Of a stretch of DNA of 38,874 bases, positions 18,514-29,617 are shown piece after piece. The DNA comes from Rickettsiales bacterium (GTDB lineage: Bacteria; Pseudomonadota; Alphaproteobacteria; Rickettsiales; UBA3002). The translations under genes were made by a program, and so were the position numbers. Where the stretch lies: the NCBI GenBank assembly GCA_049314715.1, contig JBMOEL010000002.1, positions 1 to 38,874 of the forward strand. Reading direction: 5' to 3'. The notes beneath the pieces were generated by a model. The model was not told where the DNA came from. It worked only from the letters and a program-made list of their open reading frames with translations, and made no database searches. Positions within the stretch are counted from its first letter, which is position 1. The number at the start of each line of letters is the position of its first letter.

Positions 18514-19926
18514 ATGAGCGCAAGACCACGTACAGTTTTTGATAAAATTTTTGATGCACATCTCGTCCATGAGGCAGAGGACGGCACGTGCCTGCTTTAT
18601 ATCGACCGTCACTTGGTGCATGAAGTCACCAGCCCTCAAGCCTTCGAAGGGTTGCGCACTGCGGGTCGTAAAGTACATAAGCCCGAAGCAACGTTGGCGG
18701 TGGCTGATCATAACGTACCCACGACGAGCGACCGCCTGCAAGGCATCAAAGACGAAACGTCGCGCATTCAAGTTCAAACGCTTGAAGACAACACCAAAGA
18801 ATTCGGCGTGCAGTATTTCAAGATGGACGATCTGCGCCAAGGCGTTGTGCATATTGTTGGGCCTGAGCAAGGCTTCACCCTTCCCGGTGCGACGATTGTG
18901 TGCGGCGACTCACACACCTCGACGCATGGTGCGTTTGGCGCACTTGCATTCGGTATTGGCACGAGTGAAGTCGAGCATGTGCTGGCCACCCAAACACTAA
19001 TTCAAAAGCGTGCGAAGAACATGCGCGTCACCGTCGATGGCACCTTGCCTATCGGCGTGACCGCGAAAGATATTACGCTCGCCATCATCGGTAAAATTGG
19101 TACGGCTGGCGGCACAGGCTATGTGATTGAGTATGCAGGGTCGGCGATTCGTGAACTCAGCATGGAAGGTCGCATGACCGTGTGCAACATGAGCATCGAG
19201 GCAGGTGCGCGTGCGGGTCTGATTGCGCCGGACGAGAAAACATTCGAATACCTCAAAGGCCGCCCAATGGCGCCAAAAGGTGAGTTGTGGGACAAGGCCG
19301 TTGCATGGTGGAAAACCCTGCCAAGCGATGCGGATGCGAAGTTTGACGCGGAAATCACGCTCAATGCGGCTGACATACTTCCGCAAGTTACGTGGGGCAC
19401 CAGCCCGCAGGATGTTCTGCCGATTAATGGCAAAGTCCCCTCACCTACGGATTTCGAAGAAGCACGCCGCGAGACGATTGCGCGTTCGCTTGAATATATG
19501 GGTCTTACCGCAGGTACACCACTTACCGACATCGCCATTGATAAAGTGTTCATTGGTTCATGCACCAATGGCCGTATCGAAGATTTGCGCGCTGCTGCAA
19601 AAATCGTCGACGGAAAGAAAGTCGCAAGCTCCGTGAAACTTGCCATGATTGTTCCGGGCTCTGGCCTTGTGAAGCAACAAGCCGAGCAAGAAGGCTTGGA
19701 TAAAATTTTCATCGCTGCCGGATTTGAATGGCGCGAAGCAGGCTGCTCGATGTGCCTTGCTATGAATAATGACCGCTTGTCACCTGGCGAACGTTGCGCC
19801 GCGACCAGCAATCGAAATTTCGAAGGTAGGCAAGGCCGTGGTGGCCGCACCCATCTGATGAGTCCCGCCATGGCCGCTGCCGCCGCGATTACGGGAAAAC
19901 TGGCAGATGTAAGGAATTTCCAATGA
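18514..19926 (+). CDS. leuC: 3-isopropylmalate dehydratase large subunit
   Basis: [43 protein letters not shown]. Confidence 0.98.
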   Translation: MSARPRTVFDKIFDAHLVHEAEDGTCLLYIDRHLVHEVTSPQAFEGLRTAGRKVHKPEATLAVADHNVPTTSDRLQGIKDETSRIQVQTLEDNTKEFGVQYFKMDDLRQGVVHIVGPEQGFTLPGATIVCGDSHTSTHGAFGALAFGIGTSEVEHVLATQTLIQKRAKNMRVTVDGTLPIGVTAKDITLAIIGKIGTAGGTGYVIEYAGSAIRELSMEGRMTVCNMSIEAGARAGLIAPDEKTFEYLKGRPMAPKGELWDKAVAWWKTLPSDADAKFDAEITLNAADILPQVTWGTSPQDVLPINGKVPSPTDFEEARRETIARSLEYMGLTAGTPLTDIAIDKVFIGSCTNGRIEDLRAAAKIVDGKKVASSVKLAMIVPGSGLVKQQAEQEGLDKIFIAAGFEWREAGCSMCLAMNNDRLSPGERCAATSNRNFEGRQGRGGRTHLMSPAMAAAAAITGKLADVRNFQ

Positions 19927-20804
19927 GTACCGATCCCCTAAAGACCGCTGCCATCGGCACGGCGCGTGACTACCAGAACCTGCCAGCGTGGCAGAAATCG
20001 ATGATGCTTGCCGAGCAAGTATTCGAGCAAACCGAAAAATTCCCTGCGCGTGAGCATGCAGGTTTGGCTGCACAACTGCGCCAAACGGCAACCTACGTCG
20101 CCAGCGCGATTGCCGCGGCAAGCGCAGCGAGCGACAGCTTGGAAATCATCGAGTTCTACCGTGAAGCGCAATCAGCACTCGCTGAACTTTCAACCCAACT
20201 TCAACTCGCTGAGCGTTTGAAATACATCGAAGCTTCAGACGTGCAAGACGAGATTGATGCGATCACCCGCTTGCTAATTGGTATGCAGCATGGGCTGAAA
20301 ATCGCCGCGCGCGATGCAGAACGTGCCGAGCAAGTGGCACAGCGTGAAGAGCGCAGCAAAGCACGCGAAGAGCGTGGTGGTGACCGCCCCTTCAAAAAAC
20401 CTTACGAAAAGCGTGAAGGTGCTGAAGACCGTCCACGTCGTGAATTCAAGCCACGTGACCGTGATGACCGCCCATCGCGTGATGGTGGTGATCGCCCTTA
20501 CAAAAAGCCGTACCAGAAGCGCGAAGGTGGTGAAGACCGCCCACGTCGTGATTTCAAACGCGATGACGCGCGCGGTGGTGACCGTCCTTACAAAAAGCCT
20601 TATCAAAAACGTGAAGATGGTGATGCGCCGCGCCGCGAATACAAGCCGCGTGACCGCGATGCACGCCCAGCGCGTGATGGTGGCGACCGTCCATACAAAA
20701 AGCGTGAGGACACGCGCGGCGACCGTCAAGGATACGGCGGCAGCAAGAAGCCATATGTGAAGCGTGACTTCGGCGGCAAACCTAAACCACGTAGCCGCGA
20801 CTAG
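19923..20804 (+). CDS. Four-helix-bundle (23S rRNA IVP-like) protein fused to a repetitive charged tail
   Basis: N-terminal [11 protein letters not shown]...[14 protein letters not shown]...[10 protein letters not shown] pattern; ~150-aa tail of GGDRP(Y/F)KKPY(Q/E)KRE..RPRR repeats; ATGA overlap with leuC. Confidence 0.8.
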   Translation: MSTDPLKTAAIGTARDYQNLPAWQKSMMLAEQVFEQTEKFPAREHAGLAAQLRQTATYVASAIAAASAASDSLEIIEFYREAQSALAELSTQLQLAERLKYIEASDVQDEIDAITRLLIGMQHGLKIAARDAERAEQVAQREERSKAREERGGDRPFKKPYEKREGAEDRPRREFKPRDRDDRPSRDGGDRPYKKPYQKREGGEDRPRRDFKRDDARGGDRPYKKPYQKREDGDAPRREYKPRDRDARPARDGGDRPYKKREDTRGDRQGYGGSKKPYVKRDFGGKPKPRSRD

Positions 20805-20806
20805 TC

Positions 20807-20953
20807 ATGAACTTGTTCTCTGAAATCGCTGCCATATTCAAAAGCATCTTCACTAAGAAGCGCGACGATGAATGGGCAGCGCGTTTCACCAACCCGCCTA
20901 CACGTCGTGATGGCAAATTACCGCTCATGCCGGGTGAATCGGAGTTAAGCTAA
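20807..20953 (+). CDS. Candidate 48-aa small protein
   Basis: [48 protein letters not shown]; starts 2 nt after the previous stop; TAATG overlap with leuD. Confidence 0.6.
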   Translation: MNLFSEIAAIFKSIFTKKRDDEWAARFTNPPTRRDGKLPLMPGESELS

Positions 20954-21552
20954 TGCAAAAGTTCACCAGTATTTCTGCAATCGCTGCCCCGCTCCCGTTG
21001 CAAAACGTGGATACGGATATGATTATCCCGAAGCAGTTCCTGAAAACCATTAAGCGCACGGGTCTCAAAGAAGGCCTGTTTTACGAAATGCGCTATACGG
21101 TCGAAGGCAAAAAGATTGAGGATTTCGTATTGCACCGCGAGCCTTACACGGCAGCGGAAGTGCTGGTGTCGTTTGATAATTTCGGCTGCGGTTCCAGCCG
21201 CGAGCACGCGCCATGGGCGCTGCTAGATTTCGGCATTCGCTGCGTGATTGCGCCGTCATTTGCCGATATTTTCTATAATAACTGCTTCAAAAACGGCATT
21301 CTGCCCATCGTGCTGCCGCGCGATCAGGTGGAATCGCTGATGCAGCATGCGCAATCGTCGACCAACAAAATTACCGTTGATTTGCCGTCGCAGACCATCA
21401 AAGCTGGAAACCATGAATTCCGCTTCGATGTGGACGCATTCCGCAAGCATTGCCTGCTCAACGGGCTCGATGATATCGGCTTAACACTTGAGAAAAAGGC
21501 TAATATCGCCAGCTTTGAGGCGCAGCGTAGCCAAGCATTTCCTTGGCTTTAA
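20953..21552 (+). CDS. leuD: 3-isopropylmalate dehydratase small subunit
   Basis: [40 protein letters not shown]. Confidence 0.98.
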   Translation: MQKFTSISAIAAPLPLQNVDTDMIIPKQFLKTIKRTGLKEGLFYEMRYTVEGKKIEDFVLHREPYTAAEVLVSFDNFGCGSSREHAPWALLDFGIRCVIAPSFADIFYNNCFKNGILPIVLPRDQVESLMQHAQSSTNKITVDLPSQTIKAGNHEFRFDVDAFRKHCLLNGLDDIGLTLEKKANIASFEAQRSQAFPWL

Positions 21553-21597
21553 CGGGTTTTTCTTTCCATTCCCGCCATTATCAACTAATAGTAGCGC

Positions 21598-22020
21598 ATG
21601 GATAGCCGCTACATAGACACATTATTGAACGTCTCCCCCGTTGCCGTCGTGCTCAGCGCCGTGGCAATGATGGTGGTTGGCTCGCTTTGGTACTCGAGCT
21701 TCTTTTTCGGCAAGGCGTGGATGCGACTTTCTGGCATTCGCATGAGCGACATCCATCAAGATGATGCACGCAGAGGCTATATATTTGCCACCTTCTTCTC
21801 GCTACTGATTGCGTATTTGTTGGGCGTTGTCGCGAGCCACGCGGTTGCGCATCCCACTGCGTTATTCAGTTCAGTGGTAGCGATTTGGATTTTCGTGATG
21901 GCCGAACAAGCTAATGGGTTCATTTGGGAGAAGCAGCCCTTCGCACTTTTCCTACTTCAGGCTTTTCGAAGCCTGTTTTCTCTGCTAGCAGGCGCTACCG
22001 TATTCTTGTTCTGGAGTTAG
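21598..22020 (+). CDS. DUF1761-like small integral membrane protein
   Basis: Four hydrophobic segments and the '[15 protein letters not shown]' motif. Confidence 0.75.
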   Translation: MDSRYIDTLLNVSPVAVVLSAVAMMVVGSLWYSSFFFGKAWMRLSGIRMSDIHQDDARRGYIFATFFSLLIAYLLGVVASHAVAHPTALFSSVVAIWIFVMAEQANGFIWEKQPFALFLLQAFRSLFSLLAGATVFLFWS

Positions 22021-22024
22021 CGTC

Positions 22025-23143
22025 ATGACAAAGACCGTCCTATTACTGCCCGGTGATGGCATCGGCCCTGAAGTGGTCGCTCAAGCAAAACGCGTGCTCG
22101 AATGGGCTGCCAGCGCAGCAGGCACTTCGTTTGTTTTTGATGAAGCATTGCTTGGTGGCTCGGCATATGACGCAGTGGGCACTCCCTACCCTGCTGAAAC
22201 ACTCGAGAAAGCCAAGAAGGCAGATGCGATTTTATTGGGTGCCGTTGGTGGCCCGAAATGGGAATCATTGGATTATGCCGTGCGCCCAGAGCGCGGCTTG
22301 CTCGGTATTCGCAAAGACCTCGATTTGTTTGCGAATCTGCGCCCTGCCATGTGCTTCCCTGCACTGGCGGATGCTTCGACACTCAAAGCAGATGTCATTT
22401 CGGGTCTGGATATTCTCATCGTGCGCGAACTGACGGGTGATATTTATTTTGGTCAACCACGTGGTGTTACCGTTGAAAACGGTCATCGCGTTGGTCGCAA
22501 CACCATGATTTATGCTGATTGGGAAGTCACGCGCATTGGCCGCGTAGCGCTGGAGCTTGCGCGTAAGCGTAACAAAAAACTCTGCTCGGTGGATAAAGCG
22601 AACGTGCTTGAGACCACCGAAATGTGGCGCGAAGAAGTGCAAAAACTGCGCGACGGCGAGTATACCGATATCGAGCTGAGCCATATGTATGTTGATAATG
22701 CGGCCATGCAATTGGTGCGCAATCCAAAGCAATTTGACGTGATGGTGACGGGCAATATCTTTGGCGATATTCTCTCCGATTGCGCGGCGATGCTTACTGG
22801 GTCATTAGGTATGCTTCCATCCGCATCTTTGGGCTCTGAAAATGAATTGGGTCATCGCAACGCGCTCTACGAACCTGTGCATGGTTCGGCGCCTGATATT
22901 GCGGGCAAAGGCATTGCCAACCCGATTGCTACGATTCTTTCAGTGAGCATGATGCTGCGTTATTCATTCAATATGCTGCGCGAAGCAGATCTCGTCGATA
23001 AAGCCATTGCAGACGTGCTGGAGCAAGGCTTACGCACGGGCGATATTATGCAAGACGGCAAGAAAAAAGTCGGCACTAGTGAGATGGGCGACGCTGTTCT
23101 TTATGCCCTTGCGCGTCTACACGCAGAGCACAGGGTTGCTTAA
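22025..23143 (+). CDS. leuB: 3-isopropylmalate dehydrogenase
   Basis: [35 protein letters not shown]. Confidence 0.98.
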   Translation: MTKTVLLLPGDGIGPEVVAQAKRVLEWAASAAGTSFVFDEALLGGSAYDAVGTPYPAETLEKAKKADAILLGAVGGPKWESLDYAVRPERGLLGIRKDLDLFANLRPAMCFPALADASTLKADVISGLDILIVRELTGDIYFGQPRGVTVENGHRVGRNTMIYADWEVTRIGRVALELARKRNKKLCSVDKANVLETTEMWREEVQKLRDGEYTDIELSHMYVDNAAMQLVRNPKQFDVMVTGNIFGDILSDCAAMLTGSLGMLPSASLGSENELGHRNALYEPVHGSAPDIAGKGIANPIATILSVSMMLRYSFNMLREADLVDKAIADVLEQGLRTGDIMQDGKKKVGTSEMGDAVLYALARLHAEHRVA

Positions 23144-24212
23144 TCGCCACAATTTCTTGCGCAATCACATCATACTGTTGGGAAATCATTTCCCTAAAAT
23201 CATATTGTTGATGCGGCGGGGCGAAAGGTGGCGTAGGCAATGCGCGTACTTTAAGCGGCAACTCCATTTGTTCGCCAATTATATTCGCCATCACTTCTTT
23301 CGGATTACTGCTGCGCTTGGCCTCAATCACCTCCTGCACCACACGCACCATTTCACCTAGACTCATGATGTAATCAGGCTGGATTTTATACTCGCGAAAA
23401 CCTGGAGATGGCGATTGTTCGAAACAAGACAAGATATCGTTAATCAGATTCTGACGATGAACAATCTCAACACGTCTCTTCATCACATCAGGTGAATACA
23501 GTTTTCTTTGTTCACAATACGCATTCATGTCAGGAAGGTTACCCCCACTATCCGGTGTCTGCGCTACGCGCAGCATCTGCGAAATCAGAGGCCTACTGGG
23601 GGTAATATCCTGTATTTGGGTTGGATACGAAGTGCTGATATCCAAATTTTTAAGACCAGATGATGGGTCTTTCAGGAAATGTACCGCCTCGAATTTATGC
23701 TGAGCATAAATCTCACGTGGAAATACCGGATGCGTTATTGATGCCGGATCATATTCGTACTGCAATGTCATGTCCGAAGCCACCATGTGGAAACTAATGG
23801 TTGATGACTTGCTTTCTGCTAGGCTTTGTGCCGCGCGCGCCAATATTCTTACAGCCTCTACATTATCTGCATACGCACGCTTTATCGATGCTTCTTCGCG
23901 CGTAAAATCAGCCGCAACCGCTGTATGCAACACCGCATCAACCTCTGGGTGGCGTTCAAATAGTTCCTGAACATCCGCTTCATCTGAAAAATTGGCAGAA
24001 GTAACCGCTAGCCGATCGCGATAGCGTTCCTTCAATCGCTTGAGTAAATGCGTGAGTTCATCCTTGCGTTCGGGATGACGGTTCAATACCGCCACGACGC
24101 ACCACCCCTCAGCCAGCGCCCGTTCAACAGCTCCACTACCCAAAGAACCACCCGCACCCGTAATCAACAAGGTCCGCCGGCCATTTACGGTTGGCTGTAT
24201 TTCTGTTTCCAT
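23076..24212 (-). CDS. Divergent extended SDR / NAD-dependent epimerase-like protein
   Basis: [11 protein letters not shown] Rossmann motif, [13 protein letters not shown] (YxxxK); C-terminal half unrecognised; 68-bp convergent overlap with leuB. Confidence 0.75.
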   Translation of the reverse strand: METEIQPTVNGRRTLLITGAGGSLGSGAVERALAEGWCVVAVLNRHPERKDELTHLLKRLKERYRDRLAVTSANFSDEADVQELFERHPEVDAVLHTAVAADFTREEASIKRAYADNVEAVRILARAAQSLAESKSSTISFHMVASDMTLQYEYDPASITHPVFPREIYAQHKFEAVHFLKDPSSGLKNLDISTSYPTQIQDITPSRPLISQMLRVAQTPDSGGNLPDMNAYCEQRKLYSPDVMKRRVEIVHRQNLINDILSCFEQSPSPGFREYKIQPDYIMSLGEMVRVVQEVIEAKRSSNPKEVMANIIGEQMELPLKVRALPTPPFAPPHQQYDFREMISQQYDVIAQEIVAIKQPCALRVDAQGHKEQRRPSH

Positions 24213-24246
24213 CGCTGCATTATGCTGGATTTCACTAGACTTGAGT

Positions 24247-24262
24247 GTGAAGTTTTGTTTAC
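24247..24262 (-). promoter_or_regulatory. Shared direct-repeat motif GTAA-N7-TTCAC
   Basis: GTAAACAAAACTTCAC, then 22 nt, then CATAAT; the motif ends 34 nt before the ATG. Confidence 0.55.
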
Positions 24263-24329
24263 AATGCGACCCCTTTATCGAAAAATAAGCATTTGGTTTA
24301 TTTGAAAATTAGTCGGGTAGTACTAGGTC

Positions 24330-25370
24330 ATGTCATATAAAATTGCAGTAGTGGGCGCGACGGGAAATGTCGGCCGTGAAATTCTGGCGCTTCTGGATGA
24401 ACGTAAATTCCCAGTATCCGAGGTGGTGGCACTTGCGTCGCGCAACAGCATCGGCAAACAAGTGAGCTTTGGCGACACGAAAGTGCTCGATATCAAAGTC
24501 CTTGATGATTATGATTTTACGGGCACAGACATTGCCCTTTTCTCACCGGGTTCTGCGGTTTCAAAAATCCATGCACCACGCGCTGCGGCACAAGGTTGCG
24601 TAGTCATCGACAACACCTCCTATTTCCGTATGGAGCAGGATATTCCGCTCGTGGTGCCGGAAGTAAATGCGCATGCGCTCAAAGACTTTGGCAAGCGCAA
24701 CATCATTGCGAACCCTAATTGCTCAACCATTCAAATGGTCGTGGCGCTTAAGCCATTGCACGCGGTGAACCCTATCAAACGCATTGTAGTCTCGACCTAC
24801 CAATCCGTTTCGGGCGCAGGTAAAGAGGCGATGGATGAATTGTATGACCAAACCAAAGCGCTTTATGTGCATGACCATAAAGACCCTAAAAAATTCACCA
24901 AGCGCATCGCCTTCAACGTGATTCCGCACATTGACTCGTTCATGGAAAATGGCATGACGAAGGAAGAATGGAAAATGGTGGAAGAGACCAAAAAAATTCT
25001 CGACCCGAATATTTTGGTGAGCGCGACCTGCGTGCGTGTTCCGGTATTTGTTGGTCACTCGGAATCTATCAACATAGAATTCACTAACCCGATTTCGGTC
25101 AAAGAAATTTACGATATTTATGAAGAACATTCCGAGGGTGTGACGTTGATGGATCGCCGCGAAGATGGTGGCTATATGACGCCCGCAGAATGTGGCGGCG
25201 AAGATAACGTGTTCGTGTCGCGCGTGCGCAAAGACCCGACCATTGCTAATGGTATCAATATGTGGGTGGTGTCGGATAATCTGCGTAAAGGTGCCGCACT
25301 CAATGCCGTGCAAATCGCGGAGACATTGATTGAGCAATATGGGCTGAAGGCTAAATCCGTCGCGGCTTAG
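24330..25370 (+). CDS. asd: Aspartate-semialdehyde dehydrogenase
   Basis: VVGATGNVG, IANPNCSTIQ, CVRVPVFVGHSE, DNLRKGAALNAVQIAE. Confidence 0.98.
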   Translation: MSYKIAVVGATGNVGREILALLDERKFPVSEVVALASRNSIGKQVSFGDTKVLDIKVLDDYDFTGTDIALFSPGSAVSKIHAPRAAAQGCVVIDNTSYFRMEQDIPLVVPEVNAHALKDFGKRNIIANPNCSTIQMVVALKPLHAVNPIKRIVVSTYQSVSGAGKEAMDELYDQTKALYVHDHKDPKKFTKRIAFNVIPHIDSFMENGMTKEEWKMVEETKKILDPNILVSATCVRVPVFVGHSESINIEFTNPISVKEIYDIYEEHSEGVTLMDRREDGGYMTPAECGGEDNVFVSRVRKDPTIANGINMWVVSDNLRKGAALNAVQIAETLIEQYGLKAKSVAA

Positions 25371-25372
25371 TG

Positions 25373-26047
25373 TTAGAAATTAGGTAGTACACTTCCAGGA
25401 TTTTCGATTGCCTTTCTTACCGCACCCAATGCTTCTGGATTCAGCGCTTTATGATCAACATCATCAAGACGGCACGGCAAAAGCCCTACTAATTTATCTG
25501 CATTTCGATACTTAGCTACCTCTGCGAACATGCTGGCGGGAGGCTTATTATTATCGCCGATTCCGTTGAAATTGACCCATAGCTTAGCCTTTGGAAATAG
25601 GTGCGACGGGCGAGTGAAGGCTAACAACTCGTCTACTGTTTTTTGACCGCTATCATTCAGCGTCAGGTGACTGCCCACGATGATGGCTTTAATTTCACCA
25701 CCCTTGGGAAGTCTTTCGGACTCTTCACGAAGCGCATCCCAGCATTCTGGTATATCGTTTATATTTGTAATCCGAGCCTTATATCGCACGCCTGCGCTGT
25801 GGCCTTCAACAGCTTTTGCACCCTTATCTTTGAGCGCTGCTTTAAAGGACTCTCTATCTTCCTCTTGTTGATTGGCTAATTCTGCTTGCAGGCCATTTTC
25901 AGTCACCGCAACGGCCAATACTTTGTAACCCTGCTCCTTGAGCAGCGGTTTCAATTCTGCTACGCGGCTTGGAATATCAATCAGAACTAGAGTCTGATTG
26001 ACACCCGAGTGTCCATTTTTGCCGTTTCTACCATTAGTGCTTTTCAT
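25373..26047 (-). CDS. Hypothetical protein with degenerate receiver-like N-terminus
   Basis: Start taken at MKSTNG (26047). 'LVLIDIP...LKPLLKEQGYKVLAVA' resembles beta1-alpha1-beta2 of a REC domain but lacks the acidic pair. Confidence 0.7.
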   Translation of the reverse strand: MKSTNGRNGKNGHSGVNQTLVLIDIPSRVAELKPLLKEQGYKVLAVAVTENGLQAELANQQEEDRESFKAALKDKGAKAVEGHSAGVRYKARITNINDIPECWDALREESERLPKGGEIKAIIVGSHLTLNDSGQKTVDELLAFTRPSHLFPKAKLWVNFNGIGDNNKPPASMFAEVAKYRNADKLVGLLPCRLDDVDHKALNPEALGAVRKAIENPGSVLPNF

Positions 26048-26083
26048 AAGATTCAATCTACCAGACAAGTTGCTTGGTTTACC

Positions 26084-26099
26084 GTGACAATTACGTGAC
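26084..26099 (-). promoter_or_regulatory. Shared direct-repeat motif GTCAC-N6-GTCAC
   Basis: GTCACGTAATTGTCAC, then 23 nt, then TAGATT; the motif ends 36 nt before the ATG at 26047. Confidence 0.55.
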
Positions 26100-26146
26100 A
26101 AAACCGTTTCCGTTTTGTGAACGCTGTGTGCAATGCAATGGGGGGT

Positions 26147-26175
26147 TTGACAAGCATCTGGCAACACCGTAAAAC
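26147..26175 (+). promoter_or_regulatory. Sigma70 promoter for the sdh operon
   Basis: TTGACA-N17-TAAAAC. Confidence 0.6.
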
Positions 26176-26211
26176 CATGGAAAATATTAAAAAATATATC
26201 ACAGGATTGTC

Positions 26212-26586
26212 ATGAACGAGCGCCCTCTCTCGCCCCATCTACAAATCTATCGCCCGCAGATTTCCTCCGTCACCTCCATTTTCCATCGCATCAGCGGAAT
26301 TGTTCTTTCCATCGGCGCGGCCTTTATGGTCGCGTGGCTGTGGGCTGCGGCCTATGACTCTAGCTATTTTGTGATGTGGCGCGGGTTTTTCGGCTCTATT
26401 CTTGGGCAAATCATGCTGGTTGGCTGGTCGGCGGCGTTTTTCTACCATCTGGGTAATGGCCTGCGCCATCTCTGGTGGGATACAGGTCATGGGTTTGACC
26501 TCAAAACTGCCGATAAAACGGGCTATCTCGTTTTTGGATTCACGGCACTAGCCACCGTTATCACGTGGCTCATTATCTGGAGTTAA
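26212..26586 (+). CDS. sdhC: Succinate dehydrogenase cytochrome b556 subunit
   Basis: RPLSPHLQIY, SIFHRISG, HLGNGLRHLWWD. Confidence 0.97.
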   Translation: MNERPLSPHLQIYRPQISSVTSIFHRISGIVLSIGAAFMVAWLWAAAYDSSYFVMWRGFFGSILGQIMLVGWSAAFFYHLGNGLRHLWWDTGHGFDLKTADKTGYLVFGFTALATVITWLIIWS

Positions 26587-26587
26587 T

Positions 26588-26986
26588 ATGAAATCCACTT
26601 CTAAACTGACCTCTGCGATTGCACGTGCACGCGGGCTTGGCTCGGCCAAAGACGGTGTGCATCATTGGTGGATGCAGCGCCTCACTGCCGTGTTGCTGGT
26701 GCCGCTTTCCATTTGGTTTATCGTAGCCTTAGTGGGCGAACTTGCCGGTGCGAACCGCGTAGAAGTTGCGGCGTGGCTGGAAAACCCGCTGGTCGCCGTT
26801 GCACTTGCGGGGATGTTGGTTTCCGGTCTGTGGCACGCGAAGTTGGGTATTCAGGTGGTGATTGAGGATTATATCCACCATGAATGGATTAAGTTCGCGG
26901 CGTTATTTGCCAATAGTTTCGCGTTCTGGGCGATGGGGATTTTAAGCCTGTTCGCTGTCATTAAACTTCATTTCTTCGGGATATAA
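26588..26986 (+). CDS. sdhD: Succinate dehydrogenase membrane anchor subunit
   Basis: [32 protein letters not shown]. Confidence 0.97.
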   Translation: MKSTSKLTSAIARARGLGSAKDGVHHWWMQRLTAVLLVPLSIWFIVALVGELAGANRVEVAAWLENPLVAVALAGMLVSGLWHAKLGIQVVIEDYIHHEWIKFAALFANSFAFWAMGILSLFAVIKLHFFGI

Positions 26987-26987
26987 T

Positions 26988-28775
26988 ATGACCTACAACA
27001 TTACCGACCACTATTATGACGTGATTGTTGTGGGTGCTGGTGGCGCAGGTTTGCGTGCCACCTTCGGCATGGCAGCAGAAGGCTTATCTACCGCGTGTAT
27101 CACGAAAGTATTCCCCACCCGTTCGCACACGGTAGCGGCGCAGGGCGGTATTTCCGCAGCGCTGGGTAATATGGGGCCAGATGATTGGCGCTGGCATATG
27201 TATGACACCATCAAAGGTTCCGACTGGCTGGGCGATCAGGACGCGATTGAATATATGTGCCGCGAAGCGCCAGCTGCGATTATCGAGCTGGAGCATTATG
27301 GTGTGCCGTTCTCGCGCACGAAAGAAGGCAAAATCTATCAACGTCCGTTTGGTGGAATGACCACGAATTATGGCGAAGGTCCTGCTGCGCAGCGTACTTG
27401 CGCTGCGGCGGATCGCACGGGTCATGCGATTTTGCATACGCTTTATACGCAAGCACTGAAGCATTCAGCGAAGTTCTTCATCGAGTATTTCGCGATTGAT
27501 TTGCTGATGGATGAGGAAGGCAAATGCTGCGGAGTGATGGCATGGAATCTCGATGACGGCACGCTGCATCGCTTCTACGGTCATCAAACCGTGCTGGCCA
27601 CGGGCGGTTATGGCCGCGCCTATTTCTCGGCCACCTCGGCGCACACCTGCACCGGTGATGGTGGCGGCATGGCGGCGCGCGCGGGCGTTCCACTTCAGGA
27701 TATGGAATTCGTGCAATTTCACCCCACGGGCATTTACGGCTCCGGCTGCTTGATTACCGAAGGCGCTCGCGGTGAAGGCGGTTACCTTGTGAATAGCAAG
27801 GGTGAGCGCTTTATGGAGCGTTATGCACCTTCGGCAAAAGATTTGGCCTCGCGCGATGTCGTGTCGCGCTCGATGACGATGGAAATCCGCGAAGGTCGCG
27901 GTGTTGGTACGGAGGGCGATCATATCTTCCTGCATCTTGACCATCTCGACCCTGCGGTGCTGCATGCGCGCTTACCAGGCATTTCCGAAACCGCGCAAAT
28001 CTTCGCGGGCGTGGATGTGACCAAGCAACCTATTCCCGTCATTCCCACCGTGCATTACAACATGGGCGGCGTGCCGACCAATTATCATGGTGAAGTGGTG
28101 ACGCTCAAAAATGGCAACCCCGACGCGGTCGTTGAAGGCTTGATGGCGATTGGTGAAGCGGGCTGCGTTTCCGTCCATGGGGCGAATCGCCTTGGTTCAA
28201 ACTCGCTGCTCGACCTCGTGGTATTTGGCCGTGCGGCAGCGCATCGTGCACGTGATATTGTGAAGAAAGGCGCGCGCGTGAAAGCAGCGCCGCAAGCTGC
28301 AACTGACAAAGTGCTGTCGCGTCTAGATGCCATTCGCCATGCAAAAGGCAGCACACGTACCTCAACCATTCGTAAGGCGATGCAGCGTGTCATGCAAAAT
28401 CACGCCGCCGTATTCCGCACATCAGAATCGCTCAAAGAAGGCGTTAGCAAAATGAAGGCGGTCTATGATTCGTTTGATGATTTAGTGATTTCTGACCGCG
28501 GCATGATTTTCAACTCCGACCTCGTTGAAGCGCTGGAGCTGGATAACCTACGCGCCCAAGCGCTGGTGACGGTGGTTTCTGCCGAGAATCGCAAAGAAAG
28601 TCGCGGCGCGCACGCGCATGAAGATTTCCCAGATCGTAACGACGAGCAATGGATGAAACATTCCATTTGCTGGATCGACGAAAAAGGAAACACCAAAATG
28701 GATTATCGCCCCGTGCATATGAATGTGCTGAGCGACGACGTAAAACCCATTCCACCAAAGAAGCGCGTCTATTAA
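26988..28775 (+). CDS. sdhA: Succinate dehydrogenase flavoprotein subunit
   Basis: [32 protein letters not shown]. Confidence 0.99.
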   Translation: MTYNITDHYYDVIVVGAGGAGLRATFGMAAEGLSTACITKVFPTRSHTVAAQGGISAALGNMGPDDWRWHMYDTIKGSDWLGDQDAIEYMCREAPAAIIELEHYGVPFSRTKEGKIYQRPFGGMTTNYGEGPAAQRTCAAADRTGHAILHTLYTQALKHSAKFFIEYFAIDLLMDEEGKCCGVMAWNLDDGTLHRFYGHQTVLATGGYGRAYFSATSAHTCTGDGGGMAARAGVPLQDMEFVQFHPTGIYGSGCLITEGARGEGGYLVNSKGERFMERYAPSAKDLASRDVVSRSMTMEIREGRGVGTEGDHIFLHLDHLDPAVLHARLPGISETAQIFAGVDVTKQPIPVIPTVHYNMGGVPTNYHGEVVTLKNGNPDAVVEGLMAIGEAGCVSVHGANRLGSNSLLDLVVFGRAAAHRARDIVKKGARVKAAPQAATDKVLSRLDAIRHAKGSTRTSTIRKAMQRVMQNHAAVFRTSESLKEGVSKMKAVYDSFDDLVISDRGMIFNSDLVEALELDNLRAQALVTVVSAENRKESRGAHAHEDFPDRNDEQWMKHSICWIDEKGNTKMDYRPVHMNVLSDDVKPIPPKKRVY

Positions 28776-29608
28776 TGAATCTATCGCGTCACATTGTTAT
28801 TGCTTCTGCCGCATTACTAGTGGTTTCGGCCTGCGCCAAACCAACAACGCAGCGCCCTGTTTCCAGCAAAGAAGAAATTCAGCGCGAACAGCAACTTCAG
28901 GCGCAAGCGGCCAAACAAGCCAACATGCATTTCAACGATAAAAAGAAGTATAGCGCTGAAGATATCAAGATAATGGCGGGGCGTTTGGGCGTGATTTCGG
29001 GACCGATTGAGCAAGCATCTGGCCAGCTTTGCATGGAGCTGACGAACGGTAAGGGAAAATGCACGTTTGAAGTTATTTTGGATGCAGATGAGAAAGGCTT
29101 AAACGCCCATGCGGATGGACAGAATGTGGTCGTCTATCCTGCGATGATTGATTTCGCGCGAAATGATAGCCAACTTGCCTTCGTCATTGCGCATGAATTC
29201 GCCCATAACATCATGGGGCATCAACAAGCCCTGATGCGTAACGTAACTATCGGCGCCGTATTAGGAACGCTGGTTGATGTGGCAGCTTCCTCGCAAGGTG
29301 CAAACACGCAAGGGCAATTCGGCCAACTCGGCGCGCAGCAGGGGCAGCTCAGCTACAGCTCGGAATTTGAGCATGAGGCGGACTATGTGGGGTTATACAT
29401 ACTGGCTCGTGCTGGTTTCAAAATTGAAGACGCACCTAATTTCTGGCGTGAAATGTCACTGGCCGAGCCTGATGCGATTTATATCAGCACCACCCACCCC
29501 AATAATCCTCAGCGCACCATTGAGATGGATAAAGTCGTGAAAGAGATTCGTGCCAAGCAGCAGCAAGGTCTGCCGCTACTACCCAACATTAAAGTGAAGA
29601 AATCCTGA
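28775..29608 (+). CDS. M48-family Zn metalloprotease lipoprotein
   Basis: Start MNLSR (TAATG overlap with sdhA), lipobox VSAC, LNAHA, HEFAH, YSSEFEHEAD, THP. Confidence 0.9.
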   Translation: MNLSRHIVIASAALLVVSACAKPTTQRPVSSKEEIQREQQLQAQAAKQANMHFNDKKKYSAEDIKIMAGRLGVISGPIEQASGQLCMELTNGKGKCTFEVILDADEKGLNAHADGQNVVVYPAMIDFARNDSQLAFVIAHEFAHNIMGHQQALMRNVTIGAVLGTLVDVAASSQGANTQGQFGQLGAQQGQLSYSSEFEHEADYVGLYILARAGFKIEDAPNFWREMSLAEPDAIYISTTHPNNPQRTIEMDKVVKEIRAKQQQGLPLLPNIKVKKS

Positions 29609-29617
29609 GGAGCATGT

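Noticed and set aside
19923-20300. Diversity-generating retroelement suggested by the Avd-like fold
   Set aside because: No reverse transcriptase and no template/variable repeat pair in the window.
20370-20740. Repeats resembling a CRISPR array
   Set aside because: The repeats are degenerate at synonymous positions and in frame within a protein; there are no unique spacers or cas genes.
26123-26139. TGTGCAATGCAA upstream of the sdh promoter as a regulator site
   Set aside because: Single short instance that cannot be assigned with any support.
28649-28774. Long N-terminal extension of the M48 ORF, and similar extensions on rplS, trmD, leuC, ssb, virB3 and ORF 25373-26167
   Set aside because: These upstream starts overlap neighbouring genes or promoters; downstream ATGs give proper signal peptides or family N-termini.
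29604-29617. Second pairing of the candidate sRNA with the sdhB RBS
   Set aside because: Requires several G.U pairs and a mismatch; too weak to claim.
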